From Alphaproteobacteria bacterium (lineage in GTDB: Bacteria > Pseudomonadota > Alphaproteobacteria > Bin95), in contig OZ219785.1 of assembly GCA_964291285.2 (NCBI GenBank), positions 896,001 through 960,000 on the forward strand: a stretch of 64,000 nt of DNA, written 5' to 3'. Positions 1 to 8,607 of this stretch are shown in pieces; positions within the stretch are counted from its first letter, which is position 1; every line of letters begins with the position of its first letter. The notes under the pieces were generated by a model, which was given only the letters and a program-made list of their open reading frames with translations, was not told the origin of the DNA and ran no database searches. A program made the translations under genes and the position numbers.

Positions 1-526
1 CCGCATCCTCGGCATGTGCTCGCTGCTGCTGATCGCCGGCATCGACACGACCTGGAGCGCGATCTCCTCCTCGCTCTACCATTTTGCGACCCATCCTGAG
101 GACCAGGCGCGGCTTCGCGCGGAGCCCGAGCTGCTGCCGACGGCGGTGGAGGAGCTGCTGCGCTTCTACTCGCCCGTCACCATGGGCCGCATCGTGACCG
201 AGCCGGTCGAGATCGACGGGGCGCGGATGCAGGAGGGCGACAGGGTGCTGCTCAACTTCCCCGGCGCCAACCGCGACCCGGAGGCGTTCGAGCGCGCCGA
301 CGAGGTGGTGCTGGACCGCGCGCGCAACCGCCACATGGCCTTCGGCCTCGGCATCCACCGCTGCGCCGGCTCCAACCTCGCCCGCATGGAAATGCAGGTG
401 GCGCTCCGCACCTGGTTCGACCGCATCGGCGCGTTCGAACTGGAGGACGCCGAGGCGGTCACCTGGGCCGGCGGCCAGGTGCGCGGGCCGAGGAAAGTGC
501 CGGTTCGGTTCGAGGCGACGGGGTAG
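1..526 (+). CDS. Cytochrome P450 (5'-truncated by window edge)
   Basis: I-helix AGIDTT, EELLR (ExxR), heme-ligand motif HMAFGLGIHRCAG. Confidence 0.95.
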   Translation, partial: RILGMCSLLLIAGIDTTWSAISSSLYHFATHPEDQARLRAEPELLPTAVEELLRFYSPVTMGRIVTEPVEIDGARMQEGDRVLLNFPGANRDPEAFERADEVVLDRARNRHMAFGLGIHRCAGSNLARMEMQVALRTWFDRIGAFELEDAEAVTWAGGQVRGPRKVPVRFEATG

Positions 527-544
527 GCGGGCCGCCGCCGGCCC

Positions 545-573
545 TTGCCGCGCGCCGGCCGGGTTCCTATGCT
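545..573 (+). promoter_or_regulatory. Sigma70-like promoter, probably leaderless
   Basis: TTGCCG(545-550)-N17-TATGCT(568-573); ATG at 581 with no SD. Confidence 0.55.
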
Positions 574-580
574 GCGGGGC

Positions 581-1084
581 ATGACCGGGGCCATCGCCTT
601 CGACACCCACCGCTTCGTGAAGCGCCTGACGGAGGGCGGCTTCACCGAGAAGCAGGCCGAGACCCTGGCCGAAGAGCAGGTCGCCCTGCTCAACACCAAC
701 CTGGCGACCAAGGCCGACATCGCAGCGGCGCAGACCGACATCGCGGCAGTCGAGGCCGGGCTGAAGGCCGACCTCGCGGCAGTCGAGGCCGGGCTCAAGG
801 CCGATCTCGCAAATGTCGAGGCCGGGCTGAAGGCCGATCTCGCAAATGTCGAGGCCGGGCTCAAGGCCGATCTCGCGAAGGTCGAGGCCGGGCTCAAGGC
901 CGAGATCGCGAGGGTCGAAGGCGGACTCAAGACCGAGATCGCGAGGGTCGAAGGCGGGCTCAAGGCCGAGATCGCGAGGGTCGAAGGCAGCATCGAGGCT
1001 GTCAAGGCCGACCTTCTGAAATGGATGTTCGGCGCGCTGATCGCCCAGGGCGGGCTGATCGTCGCCCTGGTCAAGCTGCTGTAG
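581..1084 (+). CDS. DUF1640/CCDC90-like coiled-coil membrane-anchored protein
   Basis: N-terminal FDTHRFVKRL...GFTEKQAE head, LATKADI neck, 11-aa repeat stalk, C-terminal LLKWMFG...LVKLL anchor. Confidence 0.85.
   Translation: MTGAIAFDTHRFVKRLTEGGFTEKQAETLAEEQVALLNTNLATKADIAAAQTDIAAVEAGLKADLAAVEAGLKADLANVEAGLKADLANVEAGLKADLAKVEAGLKAEIARVEGGLKTEIARVEGGLKAEIARVEGSIEAVKADLLKWMFGALIAQGGLIVALVKLL
711..990 (+). repeat. 33-bp (11-aa) tandem repeats inside the DUF1640 gene
   Basis: About 8 copies of KA(D/E)(L/I)AxVE(A/G)GL, e.g. gtcgaggccgggct(g/c)aaggccga. Confidence 0.9.
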
Positions 1085-1156
1085 CACCGGTCGGGTTCCG
1101 GGAGGCCGCCGCGCCGGCCCTTGCCGCCTGCCGGCCGGATTCCTATGCTTCGGACT

Positions 1157-1350
1157 ATGACCGGGGCCGATATGGAGGCGCCGCGCGTCGATGTCACGGG
1201 AAACGCGGCCCGGCTCAGGGCCGAGTTTGCCGAGGTCGTGGGGGGATTGGGATCGTGCTCGCAAAGTTCAAGGCGGATTTCCTGAAATGCATGTTCGGCG
1301 CGATGATCGTCCAGACTGTGGCGATCGTCGCCCTGACTAAGCTGCTGTAG
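1157..1350 (+). pseudogene. Degenerate, internally deleted and frameshifted paralogue of the DUF1640 gene
   Basis: Same promoter (TTGCCG 1121-N17-TATGCT 1144) and same start ATGACCGGGGCC; C-terminus KADFLKCMFGAMI...LTKLL lies in another frame. Confidence 0.75.
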
Positions 1351-1378
1351 CGCCGGGCTTGAATTGCTGCGACCAGAG

Positions 1379-1708
1379 ATGGCTGACAGGTTCAAGAGGT
1401 CGGCAGCCGTGCCGTTCAATCACAACATGCTCCTCCGCTTGCCGAGCGTTGAGCATACCGTTTACCTGTTTTGGTCGACATCGAAGACCCGGGCGGTATA
1501 TGTGGGCAAGACGGACCGGCCTATACGCCACCGGATGCGGGAGCACTGGCGAGATAGCAGCAATCCGATACTGAAGACTTGGATCGATTGGGCTGCTGAC
1601 GACCTCCTGATGTGCTATATGGAGGTGCCGTGGCCCGATGTGGTCAAGGTGGAGCGTCGGATGATTCGGGCGCTCGATCCTATAGCAAACGACCAGTACA
1701 AACGCTGA
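1379..1708 (+). CDS. Small GIY-YIG nuclease-family protein
   Basis: TVYLF...VYVGKT..IRHRMREH, VERRMI...P.AN motif pattern. Confidence 0.75.
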   Translation: MADRFKRSAAVPFNHNMLLRLPSVEHTVYLFWSTSKTRAVYVGKTDRPIRHRMREHWRDSSNPILKTWIDWAADDLLMCYMEVPWPDVVKVERRMIRALDPIANDQYKR

Positions 1709-2575
1709 ACTGAGGGAATTGGTATGGCCAGCACACTTCCGGCGATGAAGGGCAGCATGGGTGGGACTGAGTACTATCTGATTTCATTGAAGGCCAGTGA
1801 ACTAGTAAATTTGGTCAAGCTGCCGAAGGATATGCCGGGTTGGGACAACCAAACAATCGAGGAAATTTACCAGCGGAATATCAACGAAACGAGGGTGAGA
1901 AATCAAATCGCTCCCTATTTGGCAAAAAACAAGGATACGCGCTTCTTTGGTGCATTGATTGTAGCCGCCTTTAATTTCGATGAGAATGTATATTTTACTC
2001 CTTTGCGGCAAATCGGCGCCGTTTCGGAAAACCGCTTGAGGCCGGAAGAAAAAGAGGCAGCCGACAAGATAGGTATATTGACGCTTGGAGGAGGAGTGAT
2101 GATGGTGCCATTGGATGGGCAGCATCGTTTGCGAGCGCTTGATTTCGCTATGCGCGGCAAAGACCATGCAAACAAAGATATCCCAGGGATCGATGTAGAC
2201 CCCGATCTGGCCAATGAAGACATTTCGGTTATCCTCGTCCCTTATGAGGCGCAAAAGGCGAGGAGGATATTTACCAGGGTAAACAGATATGCGCGACAGC
2301 CAACAGCCTCTGAAACCTATGTGACCGACGATGAGGATGTGTATGCGGTTTTAGCCCGCCGAGTAGCAAATCAGATTGGCGGGCGACTGGTAAAGTATAC
2401 AAGCCCAACCCTTACCCCTACAGACGAGGAATTTACGACACTTGCGATTTTACGTTCGTGTTGTCAGAACATTGTGAAGGCAAGCTTTCCCGATAAGCTT
2501 GTGGCTGCTGCTGAGGGATTGGATGAAGGGGCCGTCGATGCATGTACAAGGAAGGTGTTAGAAATCTGGAGAAGA

Positions 2576-3360
2576 TTAGGTCCTGTGGACGGATTTGATC
2601 AAGATGAAGGCAGCGGCGAGTGCGACGAAGGAGCTGAAGTTTGTGGCGGTCTTTTCGCAGCGCAGGGCGATGCGTTTGAAGCGTTTGAGCTTGCCGACGG
2701 CCTGTTCGATGCGCGCCCGTCCTCTGTAGAGCGCGCTTGCGAAGCGCTTTGGCCTGTTTTTGATGTTCTTCCGGTAGGGAATGACGGTCAGGGCGCCTCT
2801 TTTCCGGGCGAGTTGGCGGTTTCCGGCGCTGTCATAGCCCTTGTCGGCGACGATGGCGCGGGGCCGGACATCGGGGCCGATGTCCATCAGGGTCTCGAAA
2901 TGCGGACTGTCGGCTGCCTCGCCGCCGGTCAGGTCGAAGGCGATCGGCAGGCCGTCGAAATCGGTCTTCAGGTGGATTTTGGTGCTGAAACCGCCCCGCG
3001 AGCGTCCAAGCGCCTGACCCTGCTGCCCCCTTTTGCGCCGGCCGCCGATACATGCGCGCGGGTCACGGTCGAATCGAACATCTGAACCAGGTGCGCCGTG
3101 CTGCTCAAATCCGCCAGCGTGGCGAAAAAGTCCTCGAACACCCCTGAACGGCTCAGACGGTGAAAACGCCGCCATACCGTATTCCAGTGCCCGAACCGCT
3201 CCGGCAGCGCCCGCCAGGTGATGTTGTGAACCGCAAAGAAGTGCAGCGCCTCCAGAAACAGACGGTCGTCCTTCGCCTTCGCACCCCGCCTCGGAAGGCA
3301 AAGCCGGAAAACCTCCAGCGCAACCTCCCAGTCTCCATTCGTCATCTTCGTCGACATCAA
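2576..3360 (-). CDS. IS5 transposase in two frames (OrfA 2968-3360 and DDE OrfB), probable programmed frameshift
   Basis: WRALPERFGHWNTV (OrfA); GRSRGGFSTKIH, ADKGYDS, IEQAVGKLKRFKRIA (OrfB); slippery AAAAGGGGG at 3034-3026. Confidence 0.9.
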
Positions 3361-3453
3361 CGAAACCCCCGAATCGCCGACGCCTCATGATTCAGACAAA
3401 TCCTCGCACGGGAATCCCTGAACACGCTCCTGAGTCAATACGTCCACAGGGCC
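2579..3453 (-). mobile_element. IS5-family (IS427-like) insertion sequence, copy 1, 875 bp
   Basis: IRs GGTCCTGTGGACG / CGTCCACAGGGCC, TA duplicated at 2577-78 and 3454-55; same sequence as 40118-40992. Confidence 0.95.
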
Positions 3454-3775
3454 TAGTCACGAAGGTGGAGGTCTTTGCAGATTTAACTGCAGACATATCT
3501 GAAGCTGGAGATGGAAAGCGCAAGGATATTAGAAGAATCAATCTGTTGGGTAAGCCTGTGCCGCAGGAATGTCTTGTGTCGGCCTACTTGGCACTGGTAG
3601 ATGATCCGACCAACATGAGCTGGGAAGACGCTTGTCGAGCTCTGAATGCGCTGCCGTGGGAGATTAACGAACGGAATACGGGAGAGATTTGGCAGAATGT
3701 CCTTTGGACAGGGGGGATGGATGGGCGAATTATTACAAATTCGAAAAATCGCTCTATTTCGTCCCGTATGATTAG

Positions 3776-5725
3776 TTATATGGCGGGAGAAATTTTGACC
3801 GAGGAGCAGCAAGACGGATTGTTACAAGAATTCCGCACCTTGTTCCCGGAGGATGTGGCCGCAAGAAAGAGCTTGCCGGAGAAAGTCCAAATAGCAGAAC
3901 CGGAATAGACTAGTACGATTAGTAAGCGGTCACACAGGGCGCGAAAACGCCATAGTTTTGCCGCTGCAAGAGCAAAGGTTTCTGATCGGGCGTCTATATT
4001 GGCAGGGGACCATTCTCGGTATTTGGCCAAGTCTCTGGTTATACGGAATGGGCTATCCTCGAATACCGGTCGCTTGCTTTCGAAGGATGCGTTGAAGCGG
4101 CCACGAGAGTAACTGTCATTGTGACCGAGAAGGGTCAAGTTTCCGAGCCGTGGGATCCAATCACCCAGGTCCGGCCCGATGTCACCGAATTCCTGCCATC
4201 CGGACCAGTGTTGAGCAGATTGGGGCAGCACGTGTTCCACGCTGCATCCAGCGTAGCTGAGTGCAGTGGCGTCGCGTTGCTGTTGTCCGTTCACTCCAAA
4301 CAGCAATCTCTTGGCTCTGCGGCGGTCGGTCAGGCGCGCATTTTTCAGTCGGTCGATGAAGTTTGCATCGGACATGATCTGCGACGAGTCGCAAGCAGAG
4401 AGATCGTCGAGAACGTCTAGGTCCTCGGCGTCTGTGTGCCCGATACCTGCTGCAATTCGCTGGGCACAATTCGCCAAAGCCGGTTCCACGCGGGAAGGCT
4501 CGAATTTGCCTTCGACAAAGGTGGTTCTCATTATGAACGTGGTAAGGTCGGCTATCGCTCGATAGACTGCTATCGCGACGGGGCGCTGAGTGGCGCGTTG
4601 GTGTAAGGCGATGGAGGTGAAGCGTCGAAGAAGAGCGAACAGGAGGGGATAGGTAACGGAGTATCCCCGGAGCTCGTCAAGGAATACGGAGAGATTTCGC
4701 TTATTGCTGGTGGTGCGGGATGCTCTATTGAAGTCCAAAAGGAATTCAGGGTTTGGATTTGTGGAGAATATTGTTCGGAACAATTCGACATTCTTGAGAT
4801 CGGTAAGGTCGTTTACAAGGGCAAGCACATAGTTTTTGGCGTGCTGACCGGTGGTTCGGTTTGAGGACGCATGCAAGATTGCAACGCGAGCGTTTCTGTA
4901 GAATCTGGTTTTCTGTAAATATCCATACCGATTTTGGAGATAGCATCTGAAATAATCTTGAGCGCGTTTGGGACTTCTTAAGGCCGCGAGCGCATTTTCT
5001 ATGTTGTAGTGAACAGATTCATATTGTTGAGTATCGCTGCCTCTGGAAAAATACGAATATATATGATTACGGATCAAATCTATATCTTCGAGAGGTTTAC
5101 CACGAGCATTTAGGGCCTCGAAAACTGCATTGGCGTCTTCGGTGGCAGGTATATAGAGAATTGTTATCTCGACTTTTTGTGTCACGAAGTCGAAAAATGT
5201 TTCGAATTCGCCTTCCTTCAGCGTCAGCAGAAATGAAGTAATGTCAGACCATGCAGACACAAGCTTGCCATTTGTGCCGACCTCATGCCCTTGTATGATT
5301 TGATGAAAGCGGGATCGATCTGAACGAGGGGGCGTAAGCCTAGGGGTTTCATTTTCCAGATTGTCGGAGTCGATTTCACGGTATATCGGCACATCGAATA
5401 AAGTTTTAAGTGAAATATCTTTGCGTTTTCCGTCCAAGTGTGGAGGGGTCTCAAAATGTCTGGCAAAGGCCGCGAAAATAAGCGACAAGGTCATCAACCG
5501 TTGCTGCCCGTCGTTGATTTCCCAATAACCCCCTCGTTGAATGAGCATGATCGAACCGAGAAAATACGATGGGCGGCTTGCGTCATGCGCTTCTTTTATG
5601 TCGGTCAGAAGCTCGTGCACATGCTCTGCGGTCCAGTCGTAGAAGCGTTGATGCCAAGGAACCTGGAAGCGTCCCTTGGCAAGAAGGTCCGGTACGAGAA
5701 GGACCTCGGACGAAATGGAGGTCAT
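3776..5725 (-). CDS. DUF262 + DUF1524 (GmrSD/SspE-like) nuclease
   Basis: FQVPWHQRFYDW, YFLGSI, INDGQQRLMT, VFEALNARGKPL (DUF262); VEHVLPQ...LGNLTLL...FN (HNH-type DUF1524); ATG overlaps the dndC-like stop. Confidence 0.9.
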   Translation of the reverse strand: MTSISSEVLLVPDLLAKGRFQVPWHQRFYDWTAEHVHELLTDIKEAHDASRPSYFLGSIMLIQRGGYWEINDGQQRLMTLSLIFAAFARHFETPPHLDGKRKDISLKTLFDVPIYREIDSDNLENETPRLTPPRSDRSRFHQIIQGHEVGTNGKLVSAWSDITSFLLTLKEGEFETFFDFVTQKVEITILYIPATEDANAVFEALNARGKPLEDIDLIRNHIYSYFSRGSDTQQYESVHYNIENALAALRSPKRAQDYFRCYLQNRYGYLQKTRFYRNARVAILHASSNRTTGQHAKNYVLALVNDLTDLKNVELFRTIFSTNPNPEFLLDFNRASRTTSNKRNLSVFLDELRGYSVTYPLLFALLRRFTSIALHQRATQRPVAIAVYRAIADLTTFIMRTTFVEGKFEPSRVEPALANCAQRIAAGIGHTDAEDLDVLDDLSACDSSQIMSDANFIDRLKNARLTDRRRAKRLLFGVNGQQQRDATALSYAGCSVEHVLPQSAQHWSGWQEFGDIGPDLGDWIPRLGNLTLLGHNDSYSRGRFNASFESKRPVFEDSPFRITRDLAKYREWSPANIDARSETFALAAAKLWRFRALCDRLLIVLVYSGSAIWTFSGKLFLAATSSGNKVRNSCNNPSCCSSVKISPAI

Positions 5726-6888
5726 GCAGGAGCGGCTGCTGCAGTAAGAGCGAGGCGAGCGCGCTCGGCGGCTTCGTCGCGCCACCACACATCCCGGATG
5801 CTCTCGATTTCCGCCGGGAGAATCAGCGTTTCGCCGAGTGTCTCTTGCAAGGCCAGCAATTTGTCGAGGATTGTCTGGCGCACCTCAAGGCGGAACGGCC
5901 CCATCACATAAGAACCGTCCGCGCGGCGGCGGGGGTTGCCGTCGCGCCGCACGGGCAGACGGTTGCCGTCGTCCTCGCGGAGTTCCACGAGCCACTCGCG
6001 GAAATCGAGCAGGGATTCCATCGTCTCCGTCTCGGCATGACCGGAGTCTATCAGGCCTTGCAGACTGCGGTCCTTCTTGACCACGGTGCAGGTCCAGCAG
6101 CCGAAGCGGGGCGAGGAGGTGCCGCAGGATGGCGCATCCTCCTTCGTCATCACCAGGGGGCACTCGCCGCCGCCGGCCGAGCGGTAGAGCGCGATCAGCC
6201 GGCGGTGGCTGCCGCCCCAGGGCGGCCGGCGCTGCATGAGCACCATCCACACGTCCTCGTCGTCGAGATCGGCGAGCGGCGCGAACATCCGGCATTCCTC
6301 GATGGAGCCGTGCGGATTGAGCGCCGTCGCGGTGACCTCCCGGCGCTCCATGCTGCGCTGCCGGTTCTGCGATTCGCTGCGTCGCGTGCCGATCAGCAGC
6401 ACGGCCCCGCCGTGCCGGGCGACCACGCCGCGGATGAGGCGGTCGGTCGGCAGGATTTTCATGCGGTCGGTGCACCACCGGAAATTGCGGGTCGGCGGGA
6501 TATAGCCCCGCCCGATGACACTGACCCAGAATGTCTGGTCTATGGCCGGCGTCGTGATGCGGACTGTGAGCGGTATGTTGTCGGCTTCGGCGGCGGCGCG
6601 GATCGCGTCGGCGGAGTCCCGGAGATGCCGGATCACCAGGGGCGATTCGACCCGCGTATCGTTGCCCACCACGATGATGTCGCGCCGGGCCTGCTCCGGG
6701 GGAAGGGCCGCGACCGTCTCCCAGACCAGTTGCAACAGCAGGGTCGAATCCTTGCCGCCCGAATAAGCGACCAGCCATGGATGCGAATGTTCCCGGCAAT
6801 ATTCTTCCCGAAGCACGTCCCGGATGCGGTCCAGCCGCTCCGGCAAGCTGGCAAGGTCGTCCCGGAGTGCCGGGGAGGCCGCGCTCAT
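5722..6888 (-). CDS. dndC: DndC-like PAPS-reductase-family sulfurtransferase (DNA phosphorothioation)
   Basis: WLVAYSGGKDS PP-loop, NDTRVE, RWCTDRMKI, GTRRSES, ECP...SCG...RFGCWTCTVV Fe-S cysteines, GPF; ATGA overlap with the upstream desulfurase. Confidence 0.88.
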   Translation of the reverse strand: MSAASPALRDDLASLPERLDRIRDVLREEYCREHSHPWLVAYSGGKDSTLLLQLVWETVAALPPEQARRDIIVVGNDTRVESPLVIRHLRDSADAIRAAAEADNIPLTVRITTPAIDQTFWVSVIGRGYIPPTRNFRWCTDRMKILPTDRLIRGVVARHGGAVLLIGTRRSESQNRQRSMERREVTATALNPHGSIEECRMFAPLADLDDEDVWMVLMQRRPPWGGSHRRLIALYRSAGGGECPLVMTKEDAPSCGTSSPRFGCWTCTVVKKDRSLQGLIDSGHAETETMESLLDFREWLVELREDDGNRLPVRRDGNPRRRADGSYVMGPFRLEVRQTILDKLLALQETLGETLILPAEIESIRDVWWRDEAAERARLALTAAAAPA

Positions 6889-8069
6889 GCGGCGATGCTC
6901 CGCAGCACGGACACGGCTTCCGCAACCCGGCCGGCGGCAAGGTCGATCTCCGCCCCGGTCGTATAGCGTCCGAAGCTGAACCGCACCGAGGACAGCGCGG
7001 CCGTGGGGCTCATTCCCATGCCCAGCAGCACATGGGACGGCTCGACCGCTTCCGAAGTGCAGGCGGAGCCGGTCGCCAGGGCAACGCCGTCCAAAGCCAG
7101 CAGCAGCGACTCCGCCGCCACGCCGTCGAAACACATATTGAGGATGCCGGGCGCCCGGTCGACCGCGCCTGCATTGACCGCTGCGCCGGCAATCCCTTCC
7201 AGCTTCCGCAGCAGGCGCGCATCCAGCGCGGCGATCCGGCGCGAGTCGCATTCGAGGCGTTCGCGCACAAGGCGCGCGGCGGCGCCCATGCCCACGATCT
7301 GGTGCGTCGGCAGCGTGCCCGGCCGGAAGCCCCTCTCCTGCCCGCCGCCATGCGTCTGCGGGACGAGGGCCGGCAGCAGCCCGCGCCGGACATAGAGCGC
7401 GCCCACGCCCTTGGGGCCGTACATCTTGTGGCCGCTCAGCGAAAGCATGTCGCAACCGAGCCGGGACACGTCGAGCGGGAGGCGGGCGGCGCTCTGCACG
7501 GCGTCCACATGGAGCATCGCACCCGCCTTGCACACGACGCGAGAGACGGCCGGAATATCCGTGACTGCCCCGGTCTCGTTGTTGACATGCATGAGCGAGA
7601 CGAGGGCGGTGTCCGCGCGCAACACGGAAGCGACGGCATCCGGTCCGATCCGGCCTTCGGCGTCCGGCTGGACGGCGGTGACTTCGAAACCCGCCCCGGA
7701 GAGCCAGTGCGCGGTGTCGAGGACCGCCTTGTGCTCCAGTGCCGAGACCACGAGGTGGCGGCCCCGCGCCTGCCGGGAGAGCAGCAGGCCCTTGAGGGCG
7801 AGATTGATGGATTCGGTCGCCCCGGAGGTCCACAGGATTTCCCCGGCCCCGGCCCCGACCAGCGCGGCGACTTCCCGGCGAGCCGTCTCGACGGCTTCCA
7901 GTGCCGCATGGCCGAAACTGTGGGTGATCGAGGACGGGTTCCCGAATATGCCGTCCGCCGTGAGGCAGTCGGCCATCGCTTCCGCGACTTCCGGCGCAAC
8001 CGGCGTCGTTGCGGCGTAGTCCAGATAGACTCCGCCTGCCGGCTGTCCCCCGGTTTTCCGGCGCCCCAT
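6885..8069 (-). CDS. Cysteine desulfurase (IscS/DndA family)
   Basis: YLDYAATTP, SGATES, EHKAV, SGHKMYGPKG (PLP lysine), ATGSACTS (catalytic Cys). Confidence 0.95.
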   Translation of the reverse strand: MGRRKTGGQPAGGVYLDYAATTPVAPEVAEAMADCLTADGIFGNPSSITHSFGHAALEAVETARREVAALVGAGAGEILWTSGATESINLALKGLLLSRQARGRHLVVSALEHKAVLDTAHWLSGAGFEVTAVQPDAEGRIGPDAVASVLRADTALVSLMHVNNETGAVTDIPAVSRVVCKAGAMLHVDAVQSAARLPLDVSRLGCDMLSLSGHKMYGPKGVGALYVRRGLLPALVPQTHGGGQERGFRPGTLPTHQIVGMGAAARLVRERLECDSRRIAALDARLLRKLEGIAGAAVNAGAVDRAPGILNMCFDGVAAESLLLALDGVALATGSACTSEAVEPSHVLLGMGMSPTAALSSVRFSFGRYTTGAEIDLAAGRVAEAVSVLRSIAA

Positions 8070-8229
8070 GCTCTGTGGCCTTTCCGCGTCGGGATGTCCG
8101 CCACCGTTCCTGACGCTCTCCCGCCATTGTGGTCCGGCCCGGAATCGCCGGTCAAGCCCCCCCGACCCGCTTGACAATGTTCCCTCTATGTGCTTTTCCC
8201 GCGCCACCCAGGCAAGGAGGACGGCTACT

Positions 8230-8607
8230 ATGCCGCGTGCGTTTTCTCTCGACCTGCGCAAGCGGGTGGTCGAGGCGGTGGAGGCGGGGATGAGCCAGCG
8301 GGCGGCGGCGCGGCGGTTCGCCGTCGGCAAGTCCACCGTTGCGGAATGGCACAAGCTCCGGCGCGAGCGCGGCCACCTGCGCCCCGGAAAGCCCGGCGGC
8401 CCCCGTCCCTCGCCGGTCGAGGACGAGCGCTGCTTCCTGCTCGGCCTGCTGGAGGGCGACCCGAACCTCTCCATCGCGGAGTTGCGCGCGGCGCTGGCGG
8501 AACGGGGCGTGGTCGTGAGCATGACCGCCGTGCAGAAATTCCTCAAGCGCCACGGCGTCAAGCGCTGGCCGGGGCGCCGCCCGCTCAAGCCGCGGCGGCG
8601 GCGCTGA
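8230..8607 (+). CDS. Stand-alone IS630-transposase-type HTH protein (no DDE domain)
   Basis: MPRAFSLDLRKRVV...SQRAAARRFAV; second HTH PNLSIAELR...VS..AV.KFLKRHG; SD AGGAGG at 8215-8220. Confidence 0.8.
   Translation: MPRAFSLDLRKRVVEAVEAGMSQRAAARRFAVGKSTVAEWHKLRRERGHLRPGKPGGPRPSPVEDERCFLLGLLEGDPNLSIAELRAALAERGVVVSMTAVQKFLKRHGVKRWPGRRPLKPRRRR

Larger units (their letters stand above)
1724..3908 (+). pseudogene. DGQHR-domain (DndB-like) protein interrupted by an IS5-family element
   Basis: YQRNI..RV..IAPYL, LDGQHRL, ARRIFTRVN; removing 2579-3453 plus one TA restores EIWRRL-VTKVEVF in frame (435 aa). Confidence 0.9.

Noticed and set aside
711-990. 33-bp repeats as a CRISPR array
   Set aside because: Tandem, in-frame, no unique spacers and no cas genes
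6885-8069. Housekeeping iscS of Fe-S assembly
   Set aside because: No iscR/iscU/suf neighbours; it is coupled to dndC instead, so no iscS symbol is given
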